From positions 132,560 to 196,559 of the forward strand of contig CAWGLN010000009.1 of assembly GCA_963823435.1 (NCBI GenBank): 64,000 nucleotides of DNA. The letters run 5' to 3'. The stretch comes from an uncultured Gammaproteobacteria bacterium (GTDB lineage: Bacteria; Pseudomonadota; Gammaproteobacteria; Steroidobacterales; BM003). A program made the position numbers and the translations under genes. Every line of letters starts with the position of its first letter. Within the stretch, counting starts at the first letter, position 1. Below, piece by piece: positions 38,643 to 50,526 of this stretch. Below the pieces are notes generated by a model. The model was not told the DNA's origin. It did no database searches and was given only the letters and a program-made list of their open reading frames with translations.

Positions 38643-39910
38643 GCATAACCGAAGCCCGGTTCAAGATGGCAACGCGCGGGTAAGACACGACGGTGTTCAC
38701 GGACACCGCTGAGGCCACATCGTGGGCCGTGGCGCAGGCCAGGGTCCAGCCCAGCATGCCGTGACCCACGTTGACAAAAAGCCCCGGCATCCTGGTCGGT
38801 GCCCACCAGTGGCCTGCCCGAAGGGGTCATGGCACGGAAGCCACCCCAGGGTTGCTTGTCCCGTGCGCCATAATCCGCAGCCATGGGGGCAAAGTGCAGG
38901 GCGGTATTCAGCAGCGTCGTGACACGCTGCTCATCCCTGCGCGTATCAGCTCCCAGGAAATCGGCAAAACCGGCGATACGCACTACCTCGCCCACGCGGC
39001 TGAAAACCATGCGGTGCTTGAGACTGGTGATACTGACCGAGGGCGCGTGCTCACCCGCCGGCAGGGTAATGCTGTAACCACGCACCGGACAGATGTGTGG
39101 ATCAATACCCAGGGGTTTGAGCAGCGTCGCGCTCCACGGACCCAGGCAAACCACGGCCGCATCGAACTGGAGCTCTCCCTGGCTTGTACGTATGCCTGTG
39201 AGCCTGTTTCGCTTGCTGCATATCCCGGTGACTTCTTCTGAAAGTCGCAACTCCACCTGCCGGTTCGCCACCAGCCAGCGTGCCAGTTCCACGGAAAAGT
39301 CCAGCGGATCTCCGACCTCGTCGCTGTCCGAGTAAACGGCGCCGGCAAATGTCCCGGTCCATGGCCGCCAGGGCCGGTTCTCGTTCGATCGCCTCGCGCC
39401 GGGGTCAGTACCCGGGTCTCGCAGCCGCAACTGCGCTTCATCTCGGCCCGCTTGCCTGGCCCCGGTGACCGCCGCTTCATCGGCCAGCAAGACCAGCTTG
39501 CCGGCCTGTCGATGTGCAAAATTCAGCTCCAGCCGCTGCTGCAATTCCGCCATGAGATCACGTGAGCGCAGGGCGGTCTTGAGCACGGCCAGGGTGTTCG
39601 CCCGCGCCCTGGCCGTTGTGCACTGGGCAAGAAAACGCAGGCCCCAGGGAAACAGGGCGAAGATTGCCCAGGGTGCGAACCCGCACCGCCGGATCCAGCC
39701 CGAGCATCAGACCGGGTATTTTTTGAACAAACTCGGGTCTGGCCATGGCGTCTGTGTAGCTGTAGGAAAGCTGGGCGCCATTGGCAAAACTGGTTTCGAC
39801 TGGCAACGTCCGGCGGCACGATCGAATACGGTCACGGAATGCCCGCGCTCGGCCAGGTAATAGGCCGTGGTGACGCCAATGACGCCTGCACCGAGTACCG
39901 CAACACGCAT
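38632..39910 (-). CDS. FAD-dependent D-amino-acid dehydrogenase-like oxidoreductase (several frame breaks)
   Basis: [31 protein letters not shown] (GxGxxG), then ..[13 protein letters not shown].., ..[11 protein letters not shown].. and ..[14 protein letters not shown]... I translated the C-terminus [16 protein letters not shown]...* by hand in another frame, with its stop at complement 38632-38634. There is a local compensating pair of shifts around 39345-39400, where the alternate frame reads [14 protein letters not shown]. Confidence 0.75.
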
Positions 39911-40143
39911 CTGATCAAGCCCCGGATGGATTACCCTGCTGATTGTACCGGGCGGCGCTTTCCTCGCAATGTAAATCAAGCGTACCCCGTACAGCGCGGC
40001 AGCCCCCGCGGAAAAATGGCGGGTATTGGCGGCCAGGTTGGTGCTATGCTCCTGACCTTCGCTAAGATCAGGACCGGATGGACAATCCGTGTAACCCGAG
40101 GCCCACGCAGGCGGATTGCCTCATCCAAAAACAGGAGTCTGGA

Positions 40144-41487
40144 ATGACGGGTCCCTCCGCCGACGCAAAGTTCAGTCTCACGTCCTCGAGTACAGTGGTC
40201 ATCGCAAACATGATCGGCACCGGCGTATTCACGAGCCTGGGATTCCAGTTGCTGGAAATCCAGTCCGGGTTCGTCATTCTCATGCTGTGGGCCGTGGGCG
40301 GTGTGGTGGCCTTGTGCGGGGCGCTTAGCTACGCTGAACTGGGCGCGGCAATGCCCCGTTCGGGCGGCGAATACAATTTTCTGACCCGTATCTACCATCC
40401 CGGCGCCGGCTTTATCTCCGGCTGGGTATCCTCCACTATCGGCTTCGCCGCACCCACCGCGCTGGTGGCCCTGACCTCGGGCGCCTACCTGACCTCGGCC
40501 CTGCCCTTCCTGCCCGAATCAGCCTCCACCTGGGTAGCCGGTATCCTGGTAATTTCGCTGGCCGCCGTACACGCCAGCCATCGCAATAACAGCGCGTTTG
40601 TTCAGAACAGCTTTACCCTGGCGAAGATCGCCCTGATCGTGACTTTCTGTGTTGCCGGCGTGCTGATGACCCAGGCGCCCCAGGGTATGCACTTCATGCC
40701 TGCCCAGGGTGACGGCACCCTCATGTTGAGCGGCGCCTTCGCCGTGTCCCTGATCTACGTGACCTATGCGTACACCGGTTGGAACGCAGTGACCTACATT
40801 TCCGGGGAAGTGGAACAATCCGCAAACGAACGATTCCGCTGGCCTTGATCGCAGGTACCACGGTAGTCGCCCTGCTCTACGTGGGTCTGAATTTTACTTT
40901 CCTGCACACGGCGCCGGTGAGCGCCCTGCAGGGCGAAATAGAAATTGGCTACGTCTCGGCCCTGCATATTTTCGGGCAGGCCGGGGCAGCGTTGATAGGC
41001 ATCACCCTGTCGTTTCTGCTGATCTCCACGGTGAGTGCTATGACCCTGGCCGGCCCCAGGGTGCTGCAGATGATAGGCGAGGATTTCACGGTGTTCCGCC
41101 GCCTCGCTGCCACCAACGAACACGGCGTGCCTTCCCGGGCGATCTGGTTGCAGGCCGGCATCTCCCTGCTGTTCATCTTCACCAATTCCTTCGAATCCAT
41201 CCTGGTGTTCGCGGGCTTCACGCTGGGGCTGAACACCCTGTTTACCGTGCTCGGTGTGCTTATCCTGCGTCGGACGGGAACCGGATCTGCCGCGACCCTA
41301 TCGCGTCAGCCTGTACCCCCTGCCCCCACTGGTCTACCTGGCAATAACCGGCTGGTCCCTGGGATATATCTTGCTGGAACGACCGATGGAAGGCCTTGCA
41401 GGCATAGGTATCGTGGTCACCGGCGGGGTGTTCTACTTTTTCAGTCGCGACCGGGTAAGTGTCGCGGTGACCGAGTCCGCCGACTAG
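40144..41487 (+). CDS. APC-superfamily amino-acid permease (two frame breaks)
   Basis: VIANMIGTGVFTSLGF...ALSYAELGAAMPRSGGEYNFL.. continues in ORF 40779..41756 (..IPLALIAGTTVVALLYV..) and ORF 41254..41487 (..RPYRVSLYPLPPLVYL..). The breaks are near 40820 and 41280. Confidence 0.8.
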
Positions 41488-41551
41488 ACCCGCACGCTCA
41501 AGTCTCTCCGACACACTTTCTGCTGACGAGCTCCAGGTTTATACGTTCGGC

Positions 41552-42238
41552 TCAGGCAAGCAGCAAGGCAGGCAAGCCTGCCAGGTCAGGGATTTCTCCA
41601 TCTGGCAATGCAGGGATACGCTCGGGTACCTGGGCAAAACGGTTACACCAGACCACGCGAAAGCCGAAAGCCTTGGCTGAAAAAGCATCCCAACCGTTGG
41701 ATGACACAAAACAGATTTCGCCCGGATCCAGATGCAGCCGGTCCACGGCCAGCTGATAGACGGACGGGTGGGGCTTGTAGATACCCACCTCCTCTACCGA
41801 AATCACGGCGTCCATAAGCGTGCTGATTCCAGCGCTCTGCACCGCCGCAGCCAACATGGCCGGGGATCCGTTAGACAGCACGGCCAGCTTCATACCGCCC
41901 GCCTTGAGCCGCGTGACTGTATCACTTACCTCAGGATAAGTACTCAGGTGCAAATACAGATCCATCAGGCGTCGGCGCAATGCCGGATCATTGAGCTTCA
42001 GACTTGCCATGGAGAAATCCAGCGCATCCCCGGTGAGTTGCCAGAAATCGACATGATTGCCAGCCAGGCTTCGCAGCCAGGTGTACTGCAGTTGCTTGCT
42101 GCGCCACAGATCCGCCAGGGGTTGCCATTTCTCACCCAGCGCATCGCTCTCCCGGGCCGCGGCACTGTTTACGTCGAACAAGGTGCCATAGGCATCGAAC
42201 ACGCATGCACGAACACCCTTCAACCGTAAGGATTCCAT
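41552..42238 (-). CDS. haloacid dehalogenase, type II (HAD superfamily)
   Basis: CVFDAYGTLFDV...WRSKQLQYTWLR...LSNGSP...KPHPSVY, the hallmark motifs of L-2-haloacid dehalogenases. Confidence 0.85.
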   Translation of the reverse strand: MESLRLKGVRACVFDAYGTLFDVNSAAARESDALGEKWQPLADLWRSKQLQYTWLRSLAGNHVDFWQLTGDALDFSMASLKLNDPALRRRLMDLYLHLSTYPEVSDTVTRLKAGGMKLAVLSNGSPAMLAAAVQSAGISTLMDAVISVEEVGIYKPHPSVYQLAVDRLHLDPGEICFVSSNGWDAFSAKAFGFRVVWCNRFAQVPERIPALPDGEIPDLAGLPALLLA

Positions 42239-42387
42239 TTTTCACCTCGCCAGCTTCGACAAGACCTCAGGATAACCTTTGGCAGTGGTCGGGGCGAACG
42301 CTTCGAGGGCCGGGTCGGCGTGCAGCAAAAAAATGCCCACTTCAGCTTGTCGGAATGGACAATCAGGCCCCGGTGTCAGAACCAGGC

Positions 42388-43965
42388 CTATTCCCACTCA
42401 ATCGTGGCGGGTGGCTTGCCGGAGATGTCGTAGGTGACCCGCGAGATGCCGGCCACCTCGTTGATGATTCGCCGGGATACCAGGTCCAGGAATTCATACG
42501 GCAGGTGGGCCCAGCGGGCGGTCATGAAGTCCACCGTTTCTACCGCGCGCAGTGCAATCACGTAGTCATAGCGACGACCATCGCCCATCACGCCCACCGA
42601 CTTCACCGGCAGGAACACGGCGAAGGCCTGGCTGACCTTGTCGTACAAATTGTGGTTGCGCAGTTCGCTGATGAATATATCGTCGGCCAGTCGCAGCAAA
42701 TCGGCGAACTCCGCCTTCACACTACCCAGGATACGCACACCCAGGCCCGGCCCCGGGAAGGGGTGACGGAAAACCATGTGACGCGGGAAGACCCAGCTCC
42801 AGCCCGATCTTGCGCACCTCGTCCTTGAACAACTCGCGCAGCGGCTCAACCAACTTGAGCTTCATGTGCGCAGGCAAGCCACCTACATTGTGGTGTGACT
42901 TGATGACGTGCGCCTTGCCGGTCTTGCTGCCGGCGGACTCGATCACGTCCGGGTAGATAGTGCCCTGCGCCAGCCACTTCACGACCTTCCAGCCGGGTTG
43001 ATTCCTCGTCGAACACCTCGATGAACAGACGGCCGATTATCTTGCGTTTCTGCTCCGGATCCTCGACCCCGGCAAGTTCCCGGAAGAAACGTTCTGCGGC
43101 ATTCACACGAATCACCTTGATACCCATGTGCTCGGCAAAGGTCGCCATCACCTGGTCGCCTTCGTTGTGACGCAGCAGGCCATGGTCAACGAATACACAG
43201 GTCAATTGGTCACCGATTGCCTCGTGCAGCAAGGCCGCGACCACCGAGGAATCCACGCCCCCGGACAAGTCCGAGCAACACCTGGTCACTGCCCACCTGC
43301 TCGCGTACGGTCGCCAGGGCGCGGCCACGATGTTGCCCGCAGTTCCAGTTGCTGCCGCAGCCGCATATCTGGTGTACGAATCGCTCGATGATTCGGGAGC
43401 CCTGGGTGGTGTGGGTAACCTCGGGATGGAACTGCAGACCATAGTAGTGACGGGATTCGTCCGACATGGCCGCCAGCGGGGCATTGTCCGTACTGGCGAT
43501 GGCGCTGAAGCCCGGGGGGATGGTTTCCACCCGGTCACCGTGACTCATCCACACATCCAGCAAGGCCCGGCCAGCGCTGTCGACATCGTCCTCGATGTTT
43601 TTCAGCAACGACGAATGACCGCTCAGACGCACCTGGGCATAACCGAACTCGCGATGACTGGAGGGTGCCACGTGGCCACCCAGTTGGGCGGCCATGGTCT
43701 GCATGCCGTAACAAATACCCAGCACCGGCACGCCCAGGGCGAACACCACGTCGCTCACCCGTGGTGGTTCATCCAGGGTGACTGACTCGGGACCACCGGA
43801 AAGGATCACGCCATGCGGTGCGAACTCGCGCACCGCCTCGTCGTGCATGTCCCAGGGATGAATTTCGCTATAGACACCGGCCTCGCGAACCCTGCGGGCG
43901 ATTAACTGGGTGTACTGGGATCCGAAGTCCAGGATGAGAATACGATCAGAATGGATATCCGCCAC
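42388..43965 (-). CDS. guaA: GMP synthase (glutamine-hydrolysing); three frame breaks
   Basis: GATase domain: [37 protein letters not shown]-PPase domain: [10 protein letters not shown], broken by an indel near 43255. C-terminus: ..[10 protein letters not shown]../..[19 protein letters not shown]. The fragments are 43210..43965, 42846..43538, 42722..42982 and 42388..42849. Confidence 0.9.
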
Positions 43966-44013
43966 TGGAATCCCTCGGTAGTATCAGTAAATCAACAAGC
44001 CCGCGGAACCAGG

Positions 44014-45483
44014 TCAATTGGCCCGGTAGTTCGGTGCTTCCTTGGTAATGGCAACGTCGTGGACATGGCTCTCACGCACACCGGCGTTGGTGATGCGAAC
44101 AAAGCGTGGCTTGCTGCGCATCTCCTCGATGTTGGCACAGCCGGTATAGCCCATGGCCGAACGCACTCCACCCATCAACTGGTGCACGATGCCGATCACG
44201 CTGCCCTTGTAGGGCACGCGACCCTCGATACCCTCGGGGACCAGCTTCTCCACCTCGTCGGTACTGTCCTGGAAATATCGATCCGAGGACCCGTTGTCCT
44301 GGGCCATGGCGCCCAGGGAGCCCATGCCACGGTAGGACTTGTAGGAACGACCCTGGTACAACTCCACCTCACCCGGTGACTCCTCGGTACCGGCAAACAG
44401 GCCGCCAAGCATCACCGAAGAGGCGCCGGCCGCGATGGCCTTGGCAATGTCACCGGAGTAGCGAATACCACCGTCGGCGATCAGCGGAATACCGCTGCTG
44501 GCCAGTTCGCGCGCCACGTTGGCAATCGCGGTGATCTGGGGCACACCCACCCCGGCCACGATCCGGGTGGTGCAAATGGAACCGGGCCCTATGCCGACCT
44601 TGACCGCATCGGCGCCCGCTTCAACCAGGGCGCGCGCGGCATCCGCTGTAACGATGTTGCCACCTATCACCTGGATATGCGGGAAGGCTGACTTGACCCG
44701 TTTCACCCGCTCTATGACGCCCAGAGAATGACCGTGAGAGGTATCCACCACGATCACATCGACGCCGGCCTCAACCAGGGCTTCCACCCGCTCATCCGTG
44801 TCCGCACCGGTACCCACGGCTGCACCCACCCGCAGTGCGCCACGCAAGTCCTTGGCGGCCAGGGGGAACTCGGTGGCCTTCTGGTAATCTTTCACCGTAA
44901 TCATGCCGCGAAGCTTGAAATCGGCGTTCACCACCAGCACCTTTTCGATGCGGTGCTTGTGCAGCAACAACAGGATTTCTTCCTTGGCCGCTCCCTCGCG
45001 CACGGTAACCAGGCGATCCTTGGGTGTCATCACCGTGGAGACCGGAGCATCCAGCTGGGTTTCAAAACGCAGGTCCCTGTGGGTCACTATCCCCACCAGG
45101 TCGTCCGCCCCGTCCACCACCGGCACACCGGAAATACTCTTGCGACGGGTCAATTCGATAACGTCCCGGATGGTCTTGTCGGGAGTGACCGTGATGGGAT
45201 CGGTGATGATACCGCTCTCGAACTTCTTGACCCGGCGTACTTCCTGGGCCTGGGCCTGTGGCGTCATATTCTTGTGTACGATGCCGACGCCGCCTTCCTG
45301 GGCCAGCGTAATGGCCAGGCGCGCCTCGGTGACGGTATCCATCGCCGCGGCAACCAGCGGTATGTTCAACGCGATTTCCGCGGTCAGCCGGGTGGCGAGT
45401 GAAACTTCCCTGGGCAAGATTTCCGAGTACTCAGGCTGGAGCAAAACGTCATCGAAGGTAAGAGCTTCTTGAATGATGCGCAT
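44014..45483 (-). CDS. guaB: IMP dehydrogenase
   Basis: Intact 489-aa [23 protein letters not shown]..., a CBS pair, and the catalytic loop [11 protein letters not shown]. Confidence 0.95.
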   Translation of the reverse strand: MRIIQEALTFDDVLLQPEYSEILPREVSLATRLTAEIALNIPLVAAAMDTVTEARLAITLAQEGGVGIVHKNMTPQAQAQEVRRVKKFESGIITDPITVTPDKTIRDVIELTRRKSISGVPVVDGADDLVGIVTHRDLRFETQLDAPVSTVMTPKDRLVTVREGAAKEEILLLLHKHRIEKVLVVNADFKLRGMITVKDYQKATEFPLAAKDLRGALRVGAAVGTGADTDERVEALVEAGVDVIVVDTSHGHSLGVIERVKRVKSAFPHIQVIGGNIVTADAARALVEAGADAVKVGIGPGSICTTRIVAGVGVPQITAIANVARELASSGIPLIADGGIRYSGDIAKAIAAGASSVMLGGLFAGTEESPGEVELYQGRSYKSYRGMGSLGAMAQDNGSSDRYFQDSTDEVEKLVPEGIEGRVPYKGSVIGIVHQLMGGVRSAMGYTGCANIEEMRSKPRFVRITNAGVRESHVHDVAITKEAPNYRAN

Positions 45484-45644
45484 GTAGCCACCTGCTTCCC
45501 GAGATAAACCGGCAATTTTAGTATTGGATTCGCAGCAGGTAAACCCGCTGGCGGCATTATAGGCGCTTTCTGGCCAGAATGACCCCGGTCACGCAAACAA
45601 CTGCGCGACTATTCCTCACCACTGGTGGCCGGTATGATCGGGGC

Positions 45645-47024
45645 ATGCCGTCAGACAATTCCAGAATCCGCGCAGGTCCAGGTGAGGAGCGTCTCGTTTA
45701 CAGCGTATCCGCGCTCAACGCCGAGGTCAGGTTGCTGCTGGATACCAGCCTGGCCAGCCTGTGGGTCCAGGGAGAAATCTCAAACCTCGCCAGGCCCGCC
45801 TCCGGCCACCTGTATTTGTCACTGAAAGACGACCGTGCCCAGGTGCGTTGCGCCATGTGGCGGCAGCGGGCCCAGGGACTGGCCTTCCAGCCTCGCAACG
45901 GACAACAAATCCTGGCCCGGGCGAAGGTGAGTCTGTATGAACCCAGGGGCGACTACCAGCTGATTATCGAGCACATGGAGGAAGCCGGAGAGGGACTGCT
46001 ACGCCAACGACTGGAGGAGCTAAAGCAGCGGCTGGCGGCCGAGGGCTTGTTTGACCAGCAGCGCAAGCGGCCCATACCCGCCCTGCCCCGACGTGTCGGC
46101 ATCATCACCTCTCCCAGCGGGGCAGCCGTCCAGGACGTGCTGAAAATTCTGCGCAGGCGTTTTCCCGCTGTCCCGGCCCTGGTGTACCCGGTGCCGGTGC
46201 AAGGCGAAGGGGCAGCAGCCAGGATTGCCGAAGCCATCGAGCTGGCCAACACCCGGGCCGACTGTGATGTGCTTATCCTCACCCGTGGTGGCGGCTCCCT
46301 GGAAGACCTGTGGGCCTTCAACGAGGAAGCGGTGGCGAGGGCTATTTTCAACAGCCGGATACCGGTGATCAGCGCAGTCGGACACGAGGTGGACGTGACC
46401 ATCTCGGACCTGGTGGCCGACCTGCGCGCCCCGACGCCCTCGGGAGCGGCGGAAATGGCCGTACCTGACAGCGAAAGCTGGTTGCGACACCTGGAGCAAG
46501 ACCTGAAGCGCCTGACCAGCCTGGCCACCAGGCAACACCAGCGCCTGGCCGAGAAACTTCGTTTTCTGCTCGGCCGCCTGCGCCAGCGGGACCCGCGCCA
46601 GAGACTCACCCAGGACACGCAACGCCTGGATGAAATGGAACTGCGGACCCGACGGGCAGCGCTCACCCGATTGACGGGTCACCGCCGCGAGCTTGCAGCG
46701 CTGTCGGCTCGCCTGGCGGCCGTCAGCCCGGCCAGTCAATTGCGGCAGCAAGCCCGGCGCAGGCTGGATCTGGAACGACGCCTGCGCAGATCAGCCTCGC
46801 AGCAACTGGTACGCAAAAGCCAGACGCTGACCGGGCTGGCGCGAGAGCTCAATGCCATCAGCCCCCTGGCGACCCTGGGCAGGGGGTACGCCCTGGTGTT
46901 CGACGACAACGGACATCTGCTGCGTGATCCGTCCGGGCTTGCGGCCGGTGACGCCATCCGGGCCCAGGTGTCCGGGGGAGAGATACATGCCCGGGTTACC
47001 CGTGTGGAGAACATCCGAAAATGA
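45645..47024 (+). CDS. xseA: exodeoxyribonuclease VII large subunit
   Basis: VYSVSALNAEVRLLLDTSLASLWVQGEISN..SGHLYLSLKD...GIITSPSGAAVQDV..RGGGSLEDLWAFN. Start at MPSDN (45645), divergent from guaB. Confidence 0.9.
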   Translation: MPSDNSRIRAGPGEERLVYSVSALNAEVRLLLDTSLASLWVQGEISNLARPASGHLYLSLKDDRAQVRCAMWRQRAQGLAFQPRNGQQILARAKVSLYEPRGDYQLIIEHMEEAGEGLLRQRLEELKQRLAAEGLFDQQRKRPIPALPRRVGIITSPSGAAVQDVLKILRRRFPAVPALVYPVPVQGEGAAARIAEAIELANTRADCDVLILTRGGGSLEDLWAFNEEAVARAIFNSRIPVISAVGHEVDVTISDLVADLRAPTPSGAAEMAVPDSESWLRHLEQDLKRLTSLATRQHQRLAEKLRFLLGRLRQRDPRQRLTQDTQRLDEMELRTRRAALTRLTGHRRELAALSARLAAVSPASQLRQQARRRLDLERRLRRSASQQLVRKSQTLTGLARELNAISPLATLGRGYALVFDDNGHLLRDPSGLAAGDAIRAQVSGGEIHARVTRVENIRK

Positions 47025-47845
47025 AAGTGGCAATTGCAGCAGGGCTGCTGGTGCTGTTGGCCCTGGCGCCGATCCGGGCCGCTGAATTACCGCGCCCGAA
47101 CCAGGTACCCGGTGGCATTGCGGTGCTTGAACTGGGGCTGGCCAGTGACGTTCGGATCCCGACAGTCCACTACCTTGAGAGACCGGTAATGGTGCTGGCA
47201 AGAAATGGCCATTGGGTGGCGGTAGTCGGTATCCCCCTGGCCACGACCCCCTCGGTGCAGACCTTGCTCGTAAATAACGAGCGGACCGTTGAGTTCGAGG
47301 TGCAGGACAAGGAATATCAGAGCCAGCACCTGACCATAAGCAATCCGCGCCAGGTCAACCCCAACCCCCAGGACCTGGAGCGCATCGGCGCTGAGCGTCT
47401 GCGCATCGACAGCGCCCTGGCCAGTTGGAGTGACGCAGATCCTTTTACCCGGGGTTTTCAGGCTCCGGTGAGCGGCGAACGCAGCAGTTCATTCGGACTG
47501 CGCCGGTTTTTCAATGGCGAGGCCAGGAACCCCCACAGCGGTATGGACCTCGCGGCCGCTGAAGGCACACCCATTAAAAATCCGGCTGCCGGCACCGTGG
47601 TAGAGAGTGGCGATTATTTCTTTAACGGCAACACCGTATTCGTTGACCATGGCCGGGGCCTGGTCACCATGTACTGCCACTTGAGCCGAATTGATGTGCA
47701 GGCAGGAACCGTGCTGGAAGCCGGCGACATCATCGGCCTGGTGGGCAGCACCGGCCGGGTAACCGGGCCGCACCTGCACTGGAGCGTGAGTCTGAACCAG
47801 ACCATGGTGGACCCTGCGCTTTTCCTGCCGGCGGAAACCCAATAG
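47021..47845 (+). CDS. M23-family metallopeptidase (periplasmic)
   Basis: A signal peptide, then HSGMDLAA...VFVDHGRGLVTMYCHLS...GSTGRVTGPHLHW (HxxxD and HxH motifs). The start overlaps the xseA stop (ATGA). Confidence 0.85.
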   Translation: MKVAIAAGLLVLLALAPIRAAELPRPNQVPGGIAVLELGLASDVRIPTVHYLERPVMVLARNGHWVAVVGIPLATTPSVQTLLVNNERTVEFEVQDKEYQSQHLTISNPRQVNPNPQDLERIGAERLRIDSALASWSDADPFTRGFQAPVSGERSSSFGLRRFFNGEARNPHSGMDLAAAEGTPIKNPAAGTVVESGDYFFNGNTVFVDHGRGLVTMYCHLSRIDVQAGTVLEAGDIIGLVGSTGRVTGPHLHWSVSLNQTMVDPALFLPAETQ

Positions 47846-47888
47846 GGCCGGTCAACGCCACACCCATTGCCCTGCCCGTAGCGCGACC

Positions 47889-48983
47889 TCAGGCCAGGAA
47901 CTGGCCTATCCGCGGGCGGAAATTATCCATGTCCACCAGGAAGGCATCGTGGCCCTGAAGCGAGTCCAGCGCTGCGAAAGTCACATCCAGCCCCGCAGCT
48001 TCAAGACCGTCCGCTATTTCCTTTTGTTGAAACAGCGGAAACAGGAAATCGGTCTCAACACCTATAATCAACGCCCGCTTGGCGCGAATCCTGGCCAGGG
48101 CCGTGTCCACCGATCCACCGTGGTCGCCCAGGTCAAACAGATCCATCGCCCGGGACAGGTAAAGATAACAATTCGGGTCGAACTGCCCGGTAAACTTTCG
48201 TGCATGGGCCTCCATGTAAGCCTCCACCTCAAAATCGATGGCAAAGGCATCACCGGTCTTGCGTTCCTCCGCTATGCGCTCGCGCCCGAAGCGCACCTGC
48301 CACTCCTTGCTCGAGCGATAGGTAATCATGCCCAGTTTGCGTGCCAACTGCATGCCCCGGACGGGACCGGCGCCCAGGGGATAATTGCCGTTATTCCAGG
48401 CGCCGTCGGAGCGTATGATTTCACGCTGAAGCGAACGCAGGGCAATCGCAAAAGGCAAAGCCCTGGCGGCGCCGGAGATGGAAATAACGGCCTCCGATAC
48501 CGTGGGAAATTTCACCGCGAAGGCCAGTGCAGTCATGCCCCCCATGGAGGCGCCCATGACCGCTGCGAGCTTTGTGATGCCCAGACCACGCAACAATTCC
48601 TTGCCCGCCCGCGCCACGTCTTCAAGGCTGAGCACCGGAAAATCCAGGCGATAGGGCTCACCGCTATCCGGGTTGATAGAAGCCGGCCCGGTGGATCCAA
48701 AGCAACTGCCCAGGGAATTCATGCATATCAGGAAATAGCGACGGGTATCGATGGGATGATCCTTGCCGATCATCTCCTCCCACCAGCCGTTACTTGGATC
48801 CAGACCTGAGGCCGCAGCGTGGGCCGAAGGCGACAGACCGGTAAACAACAATATGGCATTGTCACGAGCCTCGTTGAGCTCGCCCCAGGTCTCGTAAGCC
48901 ACGTCCACCCTGGACAGGCTGCAGCCGCTCCGATACATGCGCATCGGACCCGGCAGGGTGTAAATTTTTCTGGCGCCGCTCAT
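47889..48983 (-). CDS. homoserine O-acetyltransferase (MetX)-family alpha/beta hydrolase
   Basis: AILLFTGLSPSAHAA...FLICMNSLGSCFGSTGP...VMGASMGGMTAL...GHDAFL. This is the MetX-like fold, but acyltransferase versus esterase cannot be decided from sequence. Confidence 0.8.
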   Translation of the reverse strand: MSGARKIYTLPGPMRMYRSGCSLSRVDVAYETWGELNEARDNAILLFTGLSPSAHAAASGLDPSNGWWEEMIGKDHPIDTRRYFLICMNSLGSCFGSTGPASINPDSGEPYRLDFPVLSLEDVARAGKELLRGLGITKLAAVMGASMGGMTALAFAVKFPTVSEAVISISGAARALPFAIALRSLQREIIRSDGAWNNGNYPLGAGPVRGMQLARKLGMITYRSSKEWQVRFGRERIAEERKTGDAFAIDFEVEAYMEAHARKFTGQFDPNCYLYLSRAMDLFDLGDHGGSVDTALARIRAKRALIIGVETDFLFPLFQQKEIADGLEAAGLDVTFAALDSLQGHDAFLVDMDNFRPRIGQFLA

Positions 48984-49067
48984 GACTATGATCTCGCACT
49001 TATGGGTCAGCAGTCGGGGATCTCAATATGGCTGAGCCAGGGACGCAGCGCAACCGGTCAGTGCGCA

Positions 49068-50462
49068 CTATTTCTTGCGCTTGACGAACCTCTTCAGACG
49101 ATCACGGTGGTACTGCTGCCTCGGCGTCAAGGTGTTGCGTCTGCCTTTGAATGGATTGTCCGAGGATTTCAGCTCCAGCCGCAAGGGTGTGCCCACTAGC
49201 TGAAATTTCTGTCTGAAGGTGTTGATCAAATACCGCTTGTAGGTGTCCGGCAAGCGCTCGGTCTGATTGCCGTGAATAACAATCAATGGCGGATTGCGTC
49301 CACCCTGGTGAGCATAGCGAAGCTTGATCCTCCGGCCACGCACCAATGGCGGCTGGTGCTCAATCATGGCCTGTTCCAGCACCCGGGTCAGTTCAGGAGT
49401 GGGCATGTCGACCATGGCTGAATTATAGGCCCTCACCACCGAGGCCATGATCAAGCCGACGTTGCTGCCATGCAAAGCAGAAATGAAATGCTTTTCAGCA
49501 AAACCTGCGAAATCCAGCTTCATGTCGAGCGCGCCCTTGATGCGCTCACGCTGATGCTCGGATATACCATCCCACTTGTTGACCGCAATTACGATGGAGC
49601 GGCCGCGATTCAACACCAGGCCCATGAGCGACACGTCCTGGTCAGTCAGACCCTCATGCGCGTCCACCAGCGACACCACAACGTGGGCAACATCAATCGC
49701 CTGCAGGGCCTTGACGATACTGAATTTCTCGACGCCCTCGTCGGTTCGTGAGCGGCGACGAATACCCGCAGTGTCGATCAACGTGTACTGGTGGCCATCG
49801 CGTTCAAACGGCACATACACACTGTCTCGAGTGGTGCCCGGCTGATCGAAGGCCACCAGTCGTTCCTCGCCAATCAAACGGTTAATCAAGGTCGACTTGC
49901 CCACGTTGGGCCGGCCTACCACGGCCACGCGAATTCCCGGCGCATCATCCGGTATGTCGTCACCGCCGGTGTCCGGAATCTGCTCCAGCACGTAGTCCAT
50001 CAGCGCCGCTACACGGTCACCGTGGGCCGCGGAAATCGCGACAGGTTCGCCCATCCCCAGGCGGAAAAATTCGGAGGCGGTCTGGGCGGACTCACGCCCC
50101 TCCGACTTGTTAATCACCAGGGTGCAGGGCTTGCCGGACCGGCGCACCAGCTTCGTTACATGCTCGTCGACGCTGGTCAAGCCGTCGCGTGCATCGACCA
50201 TGAACAAGACGTGGTCGGCTTCGTCCAGGGCCAACAGGGTCTGACGCGCCATCATGGCGTTAATACCGGATTCGTCACCGGTCAAGCCACCCGTGTCCAC
50301 CACCACGTAGGGCCGCGGCCCTACCTTGCCGAAGCCGTACTTTCGATCCCGTGTGAGACCGGGCAGGTCTGCCACCAATGCGTCGCGTGAACGCGTCAAC
50401 AGGTTGAACAGCGTCGACTTACCCACATTGGGTCTACCGACCAGGGCAATTACAGGCAACAT
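49068..50462 (-). CDS. der: ribosome-biogenesis GTPase Der (EngA)
   Basis: Two tandem GTPase domains (GRPNVGKST twice, DTGG/DTAG, NKxD twice) and a C-terminal KH-like domain. Confidence 0.95.
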   Translation of the reverse strand: MLPVIALVGRPNVGKSTLFNLLTRSRDALVADLPGLTRDRKYGFGKVGPRPYVVVDTGGLTGDESGINAMMARQTLLALDEADHVLFMVDARDGLTSVDEHVTKLVRRSGKPCTLVINKSEGRESAQTASEFFRLGMGEPVAISAAHGDRVAALMDYVLEQIPDTGGDDIPDDAPGIRVAVVGRPNVGKSTLINRLIGEERLVAFDQPGTTRDSVYVPFERDGHQYTLIDTAGIRRRSRTDEGVEKFSIVKALQAIDVAHVVVSLVDAHEGLTDQDVSLMGLVLNRGRSIVIAVNKWDGISEHQRERIKGALDMKLDFAGFAEKHFISALHGSNVGLIMASVVRAYNSAMVDMPTPELTRVLEQAMIEHQPPLVRGRRIKLRYAHQGGRNPPLIVIHGNQTERLPDTYKRYLINTFRQKFQLVGTPLRLELKSSDNPFKGRRNTLTPRQQYHRDRLKRFVKRKK

Positions 50463-50526
50463 AAGAGGCAGTCCGGAGTTCAGTCAGCGTTTCAGGTCCG
50501 GCATCGCACTCGTGCATTGCCGTCAG